From NCBI RefSeq assembly GCF_009914755.1, contig NC_060944.1: DNA of 64,000 nt; one strand, 5' to 3'. The notes under the pieces were generated by a model. That model did no database searches. It saw only the letters and a list, made by a program, of their open reading frames with translations, and had not been told where the DNA came from. The position numbers were made by a program, and so were the translations under genes. Positions 20,622-42,441 of the stretch are shown one piece after another. Origin of the DNA: the human T2T-CHM13v2.0 reference genome, Homo sapiens. Each line of letters begins with the position of its first letter. Position 1 is the first letter of the stretch.

Positions 20622-21739
20622 GTTTACAGTAATGCCCTCATTCTCCAATGAGAAAAGAGGCCCAGAAAATTTAAGTGATTTCTGAATTCACACAGCCAGC
20701 TAGGTGTGGAGCTGGAACTAGCATGCGGATTCCTAGCTCAGCTCTGAAAGAGATCCCAGAGTACTGGGCTAAATTCCATACTTCAGTCTAGAAGATGCAC
20801 AATTATCTGATGACTTGGCTCTTAAGTTTCCTCAGGGTTAAAGGCTGAATTAATCTAATCCTAAAACTATTGACTTAAACATCCCCTCAAGTGTCTACGG
20901 TAATGGATGTTGGTTCTACTGCTGTCTCCTGGGGGCCCTTAGGAAAGCAAAGGATCTCAGGAGACTCCCCCAGGAAGCCAGATAAACAAGCCAAACCACC
21001 CAGCTCCATGGAAGACTTTTAAAAATGCAGCTGAGATTTTTCACTGCATAAAGGAAAGTCTGGGTACCTCTTCGCCAGAAGAAATTCTCTCAGAGATGCT
21101 ATCCCCCCTATCTCCATAAGCTAAGGGGTGGGGAAGGATCAAAGGCAGCTACTTAAGTAGCTGATATGCTCACAGATCCTCACTGTAACAGGAAGTACCC
21201 CTGCTCATCCTCAGGCCTAGATAAGGGCCATTCACACCCCTCATATTTTCCTGAAAGGAAAAGGGCAGCAACCCCTGCAATAGGCCCACCTTCCTGTTGT
21301 GTCACTCCTGGGTTCTGGCAGCAGGTGGTAAATGAGAGGTTTGTAGAGACTGCCAAGCTGGAAATCTGAGTCTGTCTTATATATTAATTCTATCCCTTCC
21401 AGGGTCCTGGTATAAATAACTGCTAGAACAAAGCAAGACCCATCTAGGAGCCTTCTTGTTAATCCCAGACACCCATCGGCCAGCGGAAGTTTTAACACAG
21501 GAGTCATACTAAAGTAACTCTAAAAGCAGAAGCACAACCCCCTGCCTTCCACTCCTGAAGAAGGCAACTCAGGACACGAGGAAAGCTACCACCAGCAAAG
21601 CCCTGGGGTGTGCTCTTAGATGGCTCCAGGTTCCTGCCAGCTGTAAGGCGGAATCCCTAAAAACAATTTGTACTTTAAGGCAGCCTGAGTGAGGTAAAGG
21701 ACAAACAAGAGCCCTAAAATGCAGTATATAATACTCATA

Positions 21740-21965
21740 CGAGCCAAATTTATTGAGCGCTTAACACTATGCCAGGTACCGTGATAAGCACTTTATGGAT
21801 TCATTATTTCATTGTGCTTCCCAACATATTTAATCCACCCCATTTTACAGATGAAGAAACTGAAGCTCGGACGGGGTATTGTAATTTGCCAAAGGTCACA
21901 CAGCTAGCAAGCAGCAGAGCAAGGATTTGAACCTGAGCAATCTGCATCCTGACCTCTATAACCAA
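21740..21965. mobile_element. MIR SINE (representative; similar fragments at ~1140-1360, 1820-2000, 29690-29820, 40830-41070, 53000-53460, 57450-57660)
   Basis: MIR core CCCATTTTACAGATGAAGAAACTGAAGCTC...TTGCCAAAGGTCACACAGCTAG...AGGATTTGAACC. Confidence 0.8.
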
Positions 21966-22070
21966 TTTTCCCCACTTGATGCCATCTGATCATTAATCCT
22001 TCTAATGCATATTCTCAGGTTAGGTTACGGGAGCTTACCAGGATGTTACTATAAAATAATTCTGAAAATT

Positions 22071-24915
<2,845 letters not shown>

Positions 24916-26000
24916 AACAAATTTTTATTTACAACTGATAAAATGTCAAATTCTGTCATGTACTATGAGACATATCACAGAACTCTGAGTGGACTACTAG
25001 CCCTTTCACTGAAGAGATAAAATCAAAAGACATAATACTACCCATTTTTGTATAACATGCAAAACACCCTTCATATATCAGTTAATTTCACATGAATGAG
25101 AGAACAATTAATTGTAGGTAAATATTATACATTAGTTTTATAGAATTAGCACTGTGATTTTTAAAAATTCATTTACCAAAGAAGGCCCTGAAACCTGGTA
25201 AATATCCATAATCAAGCTAGCTAAGTTTTCGTGTGCTATTTTCAAGTGCTATTAAAAAAGAAAGGTGGGGGGGGAATCTTTTAGAAGAAACAATTTGACA
25301 TCCAGTTCTGCAGTAAACCCAAAATGTTATCAATCTTTGCACTTGAAAGTACTTTTTGATGCACCCCTTCCTTTCACCATTCCTATCCAGGCTTGTCCGT
25401 TTTCTTCCAGAATCTCCCATTTGGCCTTTTTTTCTTTCCTTCTGTCTTCACTTCTTACCCGGATTTGTTCATTCATTCATCATTTACTAAGCGCCTATTA
25501 TCAGCCAAGCACAGAGCTAGACCCTGGTCCCTGCTCTTAGGAAGCTTACGTGATACCAAGTAAAGCTGCTATCTGCCCATCTCAATCACCATCACCAGCC
25601 TGCAAGCTTTAGCAAAGGCTTTGTATTTCCAGAAGCTAGCAGCATCTGGCATATAGCAGACACTCTAAAAATGTTTGTTGGATGACACTAGATTACTTTA
25701 GCAAGCTCTTTTTTTAATCCATAAATATTTTACTATATATCTTCAAAAAAGATTCTTATTTTTCTTTCATTTTTAAAACACAAAAGCATTATGTGCACAA
25801 TGCAAAAATAATATAGAAAGGTAAAAAAGTAAATTCCCCAAGCCTCTAAATCTTACTCCCAGAAGTGAGGACCATTAGAGCTTGGTATATATCTTTCCAG
25901 AACTCTCCTATGTCAGTATACCCCCACACCTGACTCACACGCACTTTTTTGAAACAAGTTATTTGACAGTTTCTGACTCTAGCTGCTCAACCTTCTAATC

Positions 26001-26189
26001 AAGTGGTTCTCAAAGTGTGATCCTTAGACCAGCAGCATCAGCATCATCTGGGAACTTGTTAGAACTGCAAATTCTCGGATTCCACTCCAGAACTAATGAA
26101 TCAGAAACTCTGAAGGTCGAGCCCAGGAATATGGGTTTTAATAAGCTCTCAAGGTAATGCTGGTGCACACTAAAGATTGAGAACCACTG
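26001..26189. mobile_element. MER5A-like hAT-Charlie MITE
   Basis: TIRs AGTGGTTCTCAA...TTGAGAACCACT; internal CAGCAGCATCAGCATCATCTGGGAACTTGTTAGAA and GAATCAGAAACTCTG. Confidence 0.88.
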
Positions 26190-27373
26190 CTCTAAGCCAG
26201 CCAAGCCAATTTTTTTACTGTCCGTTAAACATGGCAGGCACTGCTATCTTGTCTGTTTTATCAGCCCCGATTCAAAATGTTTTCCTGTCCTTTTGATTAA
26301 TTCTGACCCTATCCACCTGTCAAAGCCCAGAAAGTCAAAACCCAAAGTGGTCTCACCACCACATCTCATACTGATCCTTCTTGCCCCCTTTCCCCAGCTC
26401 CCATGATACAGCTAGTCCCCCTACCATATAATTTAACAATTATATATACGCTGACTTCAACATTAGAGAACAGTGCTTTACTCTTCCCCAACAGACCATA
26501 ACCTCCTTGAAGACATGAATCATGTTTTTGTATGTCTTCTCCCACCCCTGTTCTAAGCACATAAATAGAATCATAATAGAGTTGCTAGTTAATGTCTTTA
26601 AGGATGAATTCACTGAGAAGAAATACTGATAAACCTTTAGTGGCTAAAAAGTCTGGAATTTCAAGTTGTAGCCAGTTCTGCGACCTTGGACAAGTTCAAT
26701 TCTCAAGGTGCCCCCCGCCACCTTTCTTTCTTAATAGTGCTTGAAAATAGCACACAAAAACTTAGCTAGCTTGATTATGGATATTTACCAGGTTTCAGGG
26801 CTTTCTTTGGTAAATGAATTTTTAAAAATCACAGTGCTAAGTGAGAAGGATGGACTTAATGACTCGATGCTCCATTTCATCCTGAATAACATACAATTTT
26901 ATGAAACACCCCATGTAGGAATATCTTATTCCATTATAGTCTAATATTGCTTTGCTTGTAACATTAATATGGGAATGTTTAGACTTGATTTTAGTACAGT
27001 TAAAGACAATGTTTCCCAATTAGCTAGTAAGTTCTCTCAACAGGAACCTGTTTGATTCAACTGTGAATCTTCCACCATATCAGGCGCCATACATCCATGC
27101 CTTACCCATAGTCAATATATTTACAGAAAATTATTTGGAAAAACTCTTTAAGAACCTTCATTTAAATAAAGAATCTATGCACATATCTGCTGCCTCCCAA
27201 AGGACCTTTTTGAATATTTATTATTATAAATACCATGTAATGATATACAGTAAAAATTGTGATTACTTTGATACAACCAGGGGCAATCAGCCACAGAGGG
27301 CAAAAGAATGTAAAAATGGATTTCTCATGCATTGAGGGACAGACTAAAGGGGTATAAGCCTCAGACTATCCTA

Positions 27374-28475
<1,102 letters not shown>

Positions 28476-30317
28476 CATAAACAGGCTTTTTGATGCAAGA
28501 CTCTTATCTGCAAGTTTTCAAAAACAACAGGGTGGATGGAGGCCTTTGAGTGGTAAATGGTGATGACAAGTTTAATCTGAAGGAAGAGACAAGCAAAGAG
28601 AAACTGAAGGGCAGGAAGGAGGAACAGAAGGGCACCAGAAGAACACCACGCTTTGAGTAATGAAAAGGGGGGGTGGAAATTAACTGAGTCCTTACCAAGG
28701 ATCTACTGTGAGCCAGGCATCTGGAGCTGCAAAGATGGACCATGCCCTCAAGGGGCTAGAAGTCCGCAGGGTAAGACTGAGGCTAAGACCCTGTTTTGTG
28801 AACGTGTAATTCTAATTGGGAAAATCAAGCAGGGAAGGCTTCACAGAGAAGGTGGTGATTTAGTGGAGCCTTTGAAATGTGGAGGAGGATTTGCTAAGGG
28901 AGAAAAACGACAGTTTGAGCTAGTTATTTTGGGGGAGAAACATTCACATATTTTTATAGCTGTTCATTTGGAACTTTAAATCATGGGAGGCTTCTTAAAT
29001 TCAGCACCACTCTATCAATGTTCTCTTTCTCTTCTTGCTTTATCTTAAATACTGAAATGTTCAAGCCCAACCTTGGGGCAAAGGCAGAAAGCCTCGGACA
29101 GAAAGCCCCGGAATGAGGTGAGTGCTAGCCAAATCTGCTCTGTCACCTCCAAGTCCAGCCCGCCCAGCTAGCCCAGTCAGCCCAGTCCTGCTCTCTTGGC
29201 AGGAAAGGAAGGCTAATAATATCCCCTGAGGGCCAGGGTAAGGGGGGGGGGGGCGCGGCGGGGGTGATCTGGATGCCAGCAGGCAAGGATCACTCTTGTT
29301 CTGTCAGTAAGCCACCAAAGGAAAGCTTCCCTGCTTCCTAATCCACGGGGCTCCTAGTCTACCTGTGATAGGGAGGCCAGCTCTGCAGGAAGAAAAAAAG
29401 GGCTTCATGACAAGGAAGGGGGAAGCATTTGGATTGGGAAGTGCAGAGGTGGTTATGCGAGGTTATCTTAATAAAATGCTTAGCAAGATCCCTGGCACAC
29501 AGCGAGCGGTGGAAGAACGTTAGCTCTTATATTAATAACACTATTATTATTACAGTAACACCTCAATTGTACTCCGACAACAAGAAAATCTTTTTTGTGC
29601 AGCCTACTTTTACGACGTTCGAGAGCAACTTCAGAGATGACAAGTGATTTCAAAATTTTTTCAAAGGTACGAGATCAAATTCCAACCGCACTGGCCTGAG
29701 AGCCCGAGACCCTGAGTTGAGAGCTGACCCTGCCACTTGTCAGCTGCGTGACCTTGGGCATGGCACTTCACCTTTCCGTGCCTCAGTTTCCTCGGCTGTT
29801 AAGTGGGGCTAAGAAGCCTCTCCCCGGTAGGGTAGTCGTAGGGTCCCGTTAGAGGATGCCCTCTGCTGCTCTGGGGCCGGACGGGTGCAAGGGCTGCTCA
29901 CGGCCCCTCTTCCAAGCATCTGGGCTCTTGGAGCGGGCGAGGTAGATGGATGAGCAACCCCAAGGCCCACCAAGCTCTGCCGCCTGCAGAGCCAGAGCGA
30001 GAGAAGGGTTCGCGCCTGCGGGGGGCGTCCCTGTGACCCAGGGTGTTGAGCCCGGAGGGAGGCTCTCTTGCTACCCACACGCTGTCGCCGGCGGGCTGGG
30101 CGCGGGGAGCGGCCGAGGAAAGCCGGGCTGACCTGGGTCCGGCGGGCGGGCGGGGCGGGGCAGAGGGCCCCGGGGGCACGGGGGAGGCAAGCAGCACGGG
30201 CCACCAGGGCCTCGCCGTGCCGCGGAGATGATGCGGGGAAGGAGCAGGGCAAAGGAGCGGCGCCCCCGAATGCGGCGCCGCGCGCCCCCCGCGGGCCGGG
30301 CGGAGGCGCTCACTCAC

Positions 30318-30352
30318 CTGAGGCGCGGGCACCCGCCGTCAGTGCAGCAGCA

Positions 30353-30390
<38 letters not shown>

Positions 30391-30400
30391 AGGGGCGGGG
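30318..30400 (-). other. NDRG3: NDRG3 non-coding exon 1 (3' boundary firm, TSS uncertain)
   Basis: Consensus donor CTCAG|gtgagt at 30318/30317 inside a CpG island, ~24 kb upstream of exon 2 on the same strand. Confidence 0.85.
30344..30388 (+). repeat. (GCA)3(GCG)12 trinucleotide repeat; reads (CGC)12(TGC)3 on the NDRG3 sense strand
   Basis: Counted directly: gca x3 at 30344-30352, gcg x12 at 30353-30388. Confidence 0.97.
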
Positions 30401-31033
30401 GAGGTGCTGCGGTCCGCGCAGGCGCGCCGAGGACGCCAGGGCGGCGCATGAGTGCTGTGCCCGTCCACCTCGGGAACTACCGAGAAGATGGTGGCTGAGC
30501 CAGGAGAGGCCGGCGGCGCCATCTTTGATGTAGTTTTTCTTGCTGCGGAGTTTCCTCAGAGAAGAATCTCAGATTTTGGAGGCGCTGGGCGGCAGGGCCA
30601 TTGAGCTCTGCGTCTGGAGCGCTTCCCTCAGTTCCCTGAGTCGCATCCTTATGAAGCCCCTAAGAGCTCTTGCAGGGTATGGCATCCTCCTTTTAAGGTG
30701 ACCTAGAGCCATACCCAAGGTCACAGGGCGCCTAGCACAGTGCTCGGCACGTGGAAAGAGCTTAGTAAATTTTTGGTGAATGAACATAGTAATTTAAGAA
30801 CTAGAGTCCAAGACTCAGGGCTCCGAATTACCAGTCCTCCATTGTATCACCCCTATTACAACCGTCAGCCAAATCATCTACTTTCTTGAATGCAACATTA
30901 GAGATGGAATTTTTTTTCCCAGAATGATTGCAGATATTAAACTTAATGACCCAACAATTTAACACCAAAATGTACAGGACACACTCTTCCTCTATTTATT
31001 ATCTATTATTTCTTTACCATTAAGTACCACTGA

Positions 31034-36041
<5,008 letters not shown>

Positions 36042-36074
36042 ACTCCCTTTTTGTTTATACACTCAAAACATAGA

Positions 36075-37067
36075 TGAAGACAAGGGAAAGCTTTTAATTA
36101 TGTGCAATTTTATAATACAGATTATAAACAAATAGAACAATGAATAGTAGTACTTACTCCTTTCTTGTCATGAATCCAGGATTTAGGTCAACTCAATATG
36201 AAAAACTGAAGCACACTACAGACAACAGGACATAGAGAATGAGTGGTATTTCCTTCAAATTGAACATCTTGTGAAGTGACATATGTATCCCAATGATGCA
36301 AATAATGCTCAAAACTTTTTTTTTCATTTTTTTACAATTTTTAATTTTTTTTAAGACAGTGTCTCACTCTGTCGCTCAGGCTGGAGTGCAGTGGCGCAAT
36401 TAGAACTCACTGCAGCCTCAACCTCCTGGGCTCAAACAATCCTCCCACCTCAGCCTTCTGAGTAGCTAGCACTACAGGCACACGCCACCACACCCAGCTA
36501 ACTTTTTGTATTTTTTGTAGACAGGGTTTCACCTTATTTCTCAGGCTGGTCTTCAACTTCTGGGCTCAAGCAATCCACCCGCCTCAGTCACCCAAAATGC
36601 TAGGATTACAGGCGTGAGCCATTGCGCCCAGCCTCAAAACTCTTCTACCTAAAATCACCTTCAGAGCCATGCTAGAAAATTAGTATCATTCCTTTACAAT
36701 CGGAATCCAACTTGGCCACTAAAATGTTTCCTTAGACTTGGTCCTAAATGATTTTTGGATTGTTTCAAAACCTGAAAAACACCTTCACAGGATAAAGATA
36801 AAAGAATGGGCCACTGGATCTGAAGATCATTTCAAAAAAGAAGTTTGAACTTTCAAGCATTTTGCACATTCCTGGGAAAATTGTCTATACAATATTCATT
36901 TGGATGTACAAATTCCATCACTTTTTGAAAAAAGTCAAAGTGTTCTACAGTCAGTCCTGCCAGTTATCTTCAAAGGCAACGAGCAGAAATCACGCAGTCA
37001 CCACGTGCTGGGGCACTCTTCCCATTCCTCTCCTCTTGGGCACCTTGTGGCAGAAACTCTCATAAAG
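36075..37067 (-). other. DSN1: DSN1 3' UTR (~1 kb) containing a sense-oriented Alu (~36316-36633)
   Basis: Follows the stop codon and ends near an ATTAAA signal; the cleavage position is estimated. Confidence 0.75.
36093..36098 (-). terminator. Candidate DSN1 polyadenylation signal ATTAAA
   Basis: tttaat on + strand; on the - strand it is followed by a U/GU-rich stretch (TCTATGTTTTGAGTGT). Confidence 0.7.
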
Positions 37068-37177
37068 TCACTGACAAGATCCAGATCCAGATCCATGTAT
37101 GGCAGGTGGGTTCTGTAGCTGAAGCTTCAACAGTTTTCGAGCTGGTGAGGGATCTAATTGTTGCATGCTTCTCTTTC
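37068..37177 (-). CDS. DSN1: DSN1 exon 11, coding part (GKRSMQQLDPSPARKLLKLQLQNPPAIHGSGSGSCQ*)
   Basis: ttctctgcag|GAAAGAG; TGA at 37070-37068. Exon lengths sum to 34+321+74+73+88+60+75+148+88+110 = 1071 nt = 356 aa + stop. Confidence 0.96.
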
Positions 37178-37716
37178 CTGCAGAGAAAAGAGGCCAAAAA
37201 ATAAATTTCAATTGAAATAACGTAACATTTATTGAAAACTTAATGTAGGGACATTGTGACACACATGGAAGGGCATTACAAAGACAAATAAGAGAGTCTC
37301 TGGCCTCAAGGAGATGACAATTTGGTAAGAATGCCAGCCACAGCTGGGCATGGTGGCTCACGCCTGTAATCCCAGCACTTTGGGAGACCAAGGCGGGACG
37401 ATTCCTTGAGCCCAGGAGTTTGAGACTAGCCTGGGCAACACAGTAAGACCTTGTCTCTACAAAAAAAAAAAAAACAATTAGCCTAGCATGGTCCTAGCAC
37501 GATCCTCCAACTACATGGGAGGCAAGAGGATCACCTGGGAGCCCAGAAAGTTGAGGCTGCAATGAGTCATGACTGCGCCCCTGTATTCCACCCTGGGCAA
37601 CAGAGCAAGACCCTGTCTAAAAAAAAAAAAAAAAAGGGTGGCTCATGCCTGTAATCCCTGTAATCCCAACACTTTGGAAAGCCAACATGGGCAGATCACT
37701 TGCGGTCAGAAGTTCA

Positions 37717-38327
<611 letters not shown>

Positions 38328-39042
38328 TCAGGTGCAGTGGCTCACACTTGTAATCCCAGCACTTTGGGAGGCTGAGGCAGGATGATCACTTGAGCCCAGG
38401 AGTTGAAGACCAGCCTGGACAAACAGGGGGACCCCATCTCTACAAAAAAATTAAAAATTTAGCTGGGTGTGGTGGTGGTGGTGCATGCTTTTAGTCCCAG
38501 CTACTCTGGGAGCCTGAGGTGAAAGGACTGCTTGAGCCTATCAGGTTGAGGCTGCAGTGAGCTGTGCAGTCATTGTGCCATTCACTCCAACCTGGATGAC
38601 AAAGCGAGAGACTTTGCCCCCCCAGCCCAAAAAAAAAGTAGAAGAAGAAAGAAAATGAAGGTATGTATAGCCAATAATTTAGGGCTGGAAGGAGGTCAGG
38701 AAAAGCTAGGGAGGAGTAATGTCAGTGTCACTTAGTGAATTCTTGAGAAATGAAGAGGGAAAAAGCAATGGGTGGGTATTTCTTAAGTCTTGGATTTACC
38801 AAAACAACAACATATTTCATGGGGATTTAATTCTCAGTCTACTGTGCTTCTGTAGAATTTACATCTAGAAATTTCCTATCAACTCTGAGTACCCATAACA
38901 TACTATTTATTGTGGGGAGAAAAACAAATCACCTCATATAGGTCTTACCCTCTTGGACCATAGGCTTTGAAGGGCAGTTTGTATCCCAAAGGCTATCATG
39001 GAAAACAGCCTGAACTCTGGTCCCCTCAAGAGACAAGCTTAC

Positions 39043-39130
39043 CGAGCTGTACTGACACCTTCTGGAAGCACTGGGTACTTTCATCCATAAAGGCCTGCAG
39101 CTGTTTCACTGATCCTTGCAGTTCATCCAT
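39043..39130 (-). CDS. DSN1: DSN1 exon 10 (88 nt; MDELQGSVKQLQAFMDESTQCFQKVSVQL)
   Basis: ttttctacag|ATGGAT ... CTCG|gtaagc. Confidence 0.96.
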
Positions 39131-39252
39131 CTGTAGAAAAAAGACAGCTGTGAGCTGTAAAGGTCCATGGCTTCTTGGATGTTCCTCAAACCTGACAAGC
39201 AAGCTCTTGCTCAGGAGCTCTGGGCTTGCTGTTCTTTCAGCCTGGAATGCTT

Positions 39253-39633
39253 ATGCCAGATAATTCTGTTTGTTCCTCCAAAGTCACACCACATTCTTCT
39301 CCAGGCTGCTCTATGCTCCAGGAGGCTGACCCATGTAACCTCTACCAACAGGATGCCTAAGTGGGAAGGAGCTGAACGAGTCATCTTGAGTTGGCTCAAC
39401 TCAGCTAACCATGTGACTTTCTCCCATTAGATGCCACAGTAACTGCTACTCCCTCCTCCCTTTGAGTCCTAGGAGGAGTAAGAGCTCTACTGCCTATAAG
39501 CCCCAGGTTACTCCACTAACCCTTGTGGTTCTCCAATACCCATACCTTTCTATTTAGCCTTTCTGAAAATAAACTCTCCTTGAATTGTCCTTTCAAATGC
39601 CATCTGCTTGCTATTAATACCTGGTTTGACACA
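39253..39633 (+). mobile_element. LTR33-like ERVL solo LTR within an L2-like fragment (DSN1 intron 9)
   Basis: CTGCTCTATGCTCCAGGAGGCTGACC near the start; AATAAACTCTCC...TGCCATCTG...TGACACA at the end. Confidence 0.55.
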
Positions 39634-39961
39634 ACACTACTCCCTCAAACGTCCTCATGGCTCATTTCCTTCAAGTCTGTTGAAATGGCACCTCAGAGGA
39701 GCCTTCAATAACCTTGCTATATAAAATAGCAACCCACCAACCTCCCTATACTGTCTGTCTCTCTTACCCTGCTTCATCAGCATTTACCACTATATATTCA
39801 TTTGTTTATTATTTTTTAATTGTCTCTCCATGTTTTCCTAAGGTAGAGTTGAATATACATATTCAACTTACACTTATACATTTCTCCAGGTCTTTTAATT
39901 TCCAAGGATTACAAGGTGGCAAAGCTGGATAACTCAACTAAATAAACATGAGCCCACTTAC

Positions 39962-40109
39962 CACCAACTCCATACAGTCAAAGACTTTGCTCTGGTTCTG
40001 TAATATTTTCTGGTAGTCAGGTTTTGTATTAAGAACTTCATTCTGAGAAGACCCAAGATATGTCATAGGTTCCACTTTGACCTCAGTAATTTTGGCCTCA
40101 GTTGATCCT
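39962..40109 (-). CDS. DSN1: DSN1 exon 9 (148 nt; GSTEAKITEVKVEPMTYLGSSQNEVLNTKPDYQKILQNQSKVFDCMELV)
   Basis: tttgtttttag|AGGATC ... TTGGTG|gtaagt; overlaps ORF 39938..40171. Confidence 0.96.
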
Positions 40110-40236
40110 CTAAAAACAAAACACAAGAGCTTTTGAGAGATTCTGTAATTATTTTCTGGAAGAGATACCAAAGATTATCCTATAAAGCTGAATCAGTATT
40201 CCTCCACTCTACGCTAGCTATAGGCTCACTTCTTAA

Positions 40237-40440
<204 letters not shown>

Positions 40441-41337
40441 TAGTAGAGACGAGGTTTCACCATGTTGGCCAGGCTGGTCTCGAACTCCTGAACTTGTGAT
40501 CTGCCCGCTTCGGCCTCCCAAAGTGCTGGAATTACAGGCGTGAGCCACCGCGCCTGGCCTTAACAAGAAGTTCTGAAACAATTGTCTAGTATTCATGTCT
40601 TTATACCTCCGGACTCCAGGAAATGCTGGAAGCTTCCAGTCAGTTGAATCCACTTAATAGTAAGGTCCATATACCAGAAGGACTATACTTGGGAGAGAGT
40701 GAAGCCAAAGCTTACTATCCTAAAGTCAGTGTCTATAATTGTTTACCAAAACATGCTGGCCTACTTCAATTATCTAAAATAACTGAACAGGACTGAGAGT
40801 TCATGAAAACTGATGAACAACAACTTTAATAACAACAACTACTACAATTTACTGAGTGCTAAGTATATGCCAGATATTACTGGGCACTTTACATTTAACC
40901 TAATTTGACACAATAACCCAATGAGGAAGGTACTAATATCATCCCCATTTTCAAATGAGGAACCTCAGGCTCATTCAAGACTAAGTGACTTGCCCAAGGT
41001 CACAAAACTAAGGAACAGTTAGAGTCTGAACAGACAGTCTGCTTCCAGAACCATTCCTCTTAACCTACAAGCTTTGCCACAAAAGATTTTATCTGAAACT
41101 AGCATCTTACACATTATCTATCTTCATAAATACAGTATGTAAGGGGTGAATAAAGTAACTGATAACCATCATTACCTGGATTGGGGAAATTTTTCAAACC
41201 ATGCTCCTCAAAGCCCCTCTCTACTGAGAGGCCACTTTTGTAATTAGGGTTTTGACTAACATTTTGTAGTTGGGATTCTAGCTGATTCTATCTCAAAAAA
41301 AAGCTTAAAACCATGGTTTAAATGTTCAACTAAATCA

Positions 41338-41691
<354 letters not shown>

Positions 41692-42366
41692 CTACTAAAA
41701 ATACAAAAATTAGCCACGCATCATGGCAGACACCTGTAGTCCCAGCTACTCAGGAGGCTGAGGCAGGAAAATTGCTTGAACCCGGGAGGCAGAGTGAGCT
41801 CAGATGGCGCCATGCACTCCAGCCTTGGCAACAGAGCGAGAGTCTGTCTCCAAAACAAAACAAAACAAAACAAAACAACACCTAGCACTTTCCTACTTTT
41901 CCTCTACCTTCAAGACCCAAAGATCCTCTCTTTCCTCAATCTTCCTCATCACCCACTTTCATGTCTTTCTGTCTCCAAGAAGGCCCTGGCCAAGGGCATC
42001 CCCCAAACCTGCAGCTCATAGGCCATGTGCTCACTGAAGCCCCTTGGTTACTGTTCTTGGCCCAACCCCAGGCTGCCAGATACAATGCAGAGATGTGTCT
42101 GTCTCCCCCAGGATATGAAATGTTAGCCAAGGACACAGAACAGAAACAATTGTGTTCTTGGACTGAAAATAGTGACACCAACTCTTCCTTCCTCTCACTC
42201 ACTTCCCGTTTCTGGTCAGAGAGTGCTAATACACACTACAGAATTTGATGAGCTTATTGGCCCGTGAGAAAGGATTCATCTTTCAATTTGTGCTAACAGA
42301 ACTGAAATAAACACCAATCAAACTCCATAAGATTTTTAAAGAGTTTTTACAGTTCATAGATCTAAC

Positions 42367-42441
42367 CTGGACAATATCTCTTTAGCCTCCTGCTGGTAGT
42401 GAAGCAAGAGCTGATCCCAAGTCTGACGTTCTAAAGAAAAC
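42367..42441 (-). CDS. DSN1: DSN1 exon 8 (75 nt; FSLERQTWDQLLLHYQQEAKEILSR)
   Basis: attcttacag|GTTTTC ... TCCAG|gttaga. Confidence 0.95.

Larger units (their letters stand above)
29820..30760. promoter_or_regulatory. CpG island / NDRG3 promoter
   Basis: Very high GC and CpG density; GC boxes (GGGGCGGGG ~30146-30160 and ~30392-30400); NRF1-like GCGCAGGCGC ~30416-30425; YY1-type AAGATGG motifs at 30485-30491 (+) and 30519-30525 (-). Confidence 0.9.

Noticed and set aside
29809-30533. Several overlapping 100-147 aa Pro/Arg/Ala-rich ORFs
   Set aside because: Expected from stop-codon scarcity in a CpG island; no recognisable protein. Only the ATG-30522 and ATG-30449 uORFs are kept as hypotheses.
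39116-39130. DSN1 exon 10 begins MDELQ, the same five residues as the NDRG3 N-terminus
   Set aside because: Similarity stops after five codons, synonymous positions differ (CTG CAA vs CTT CAG) and the protein families are unrelated; coincidence.
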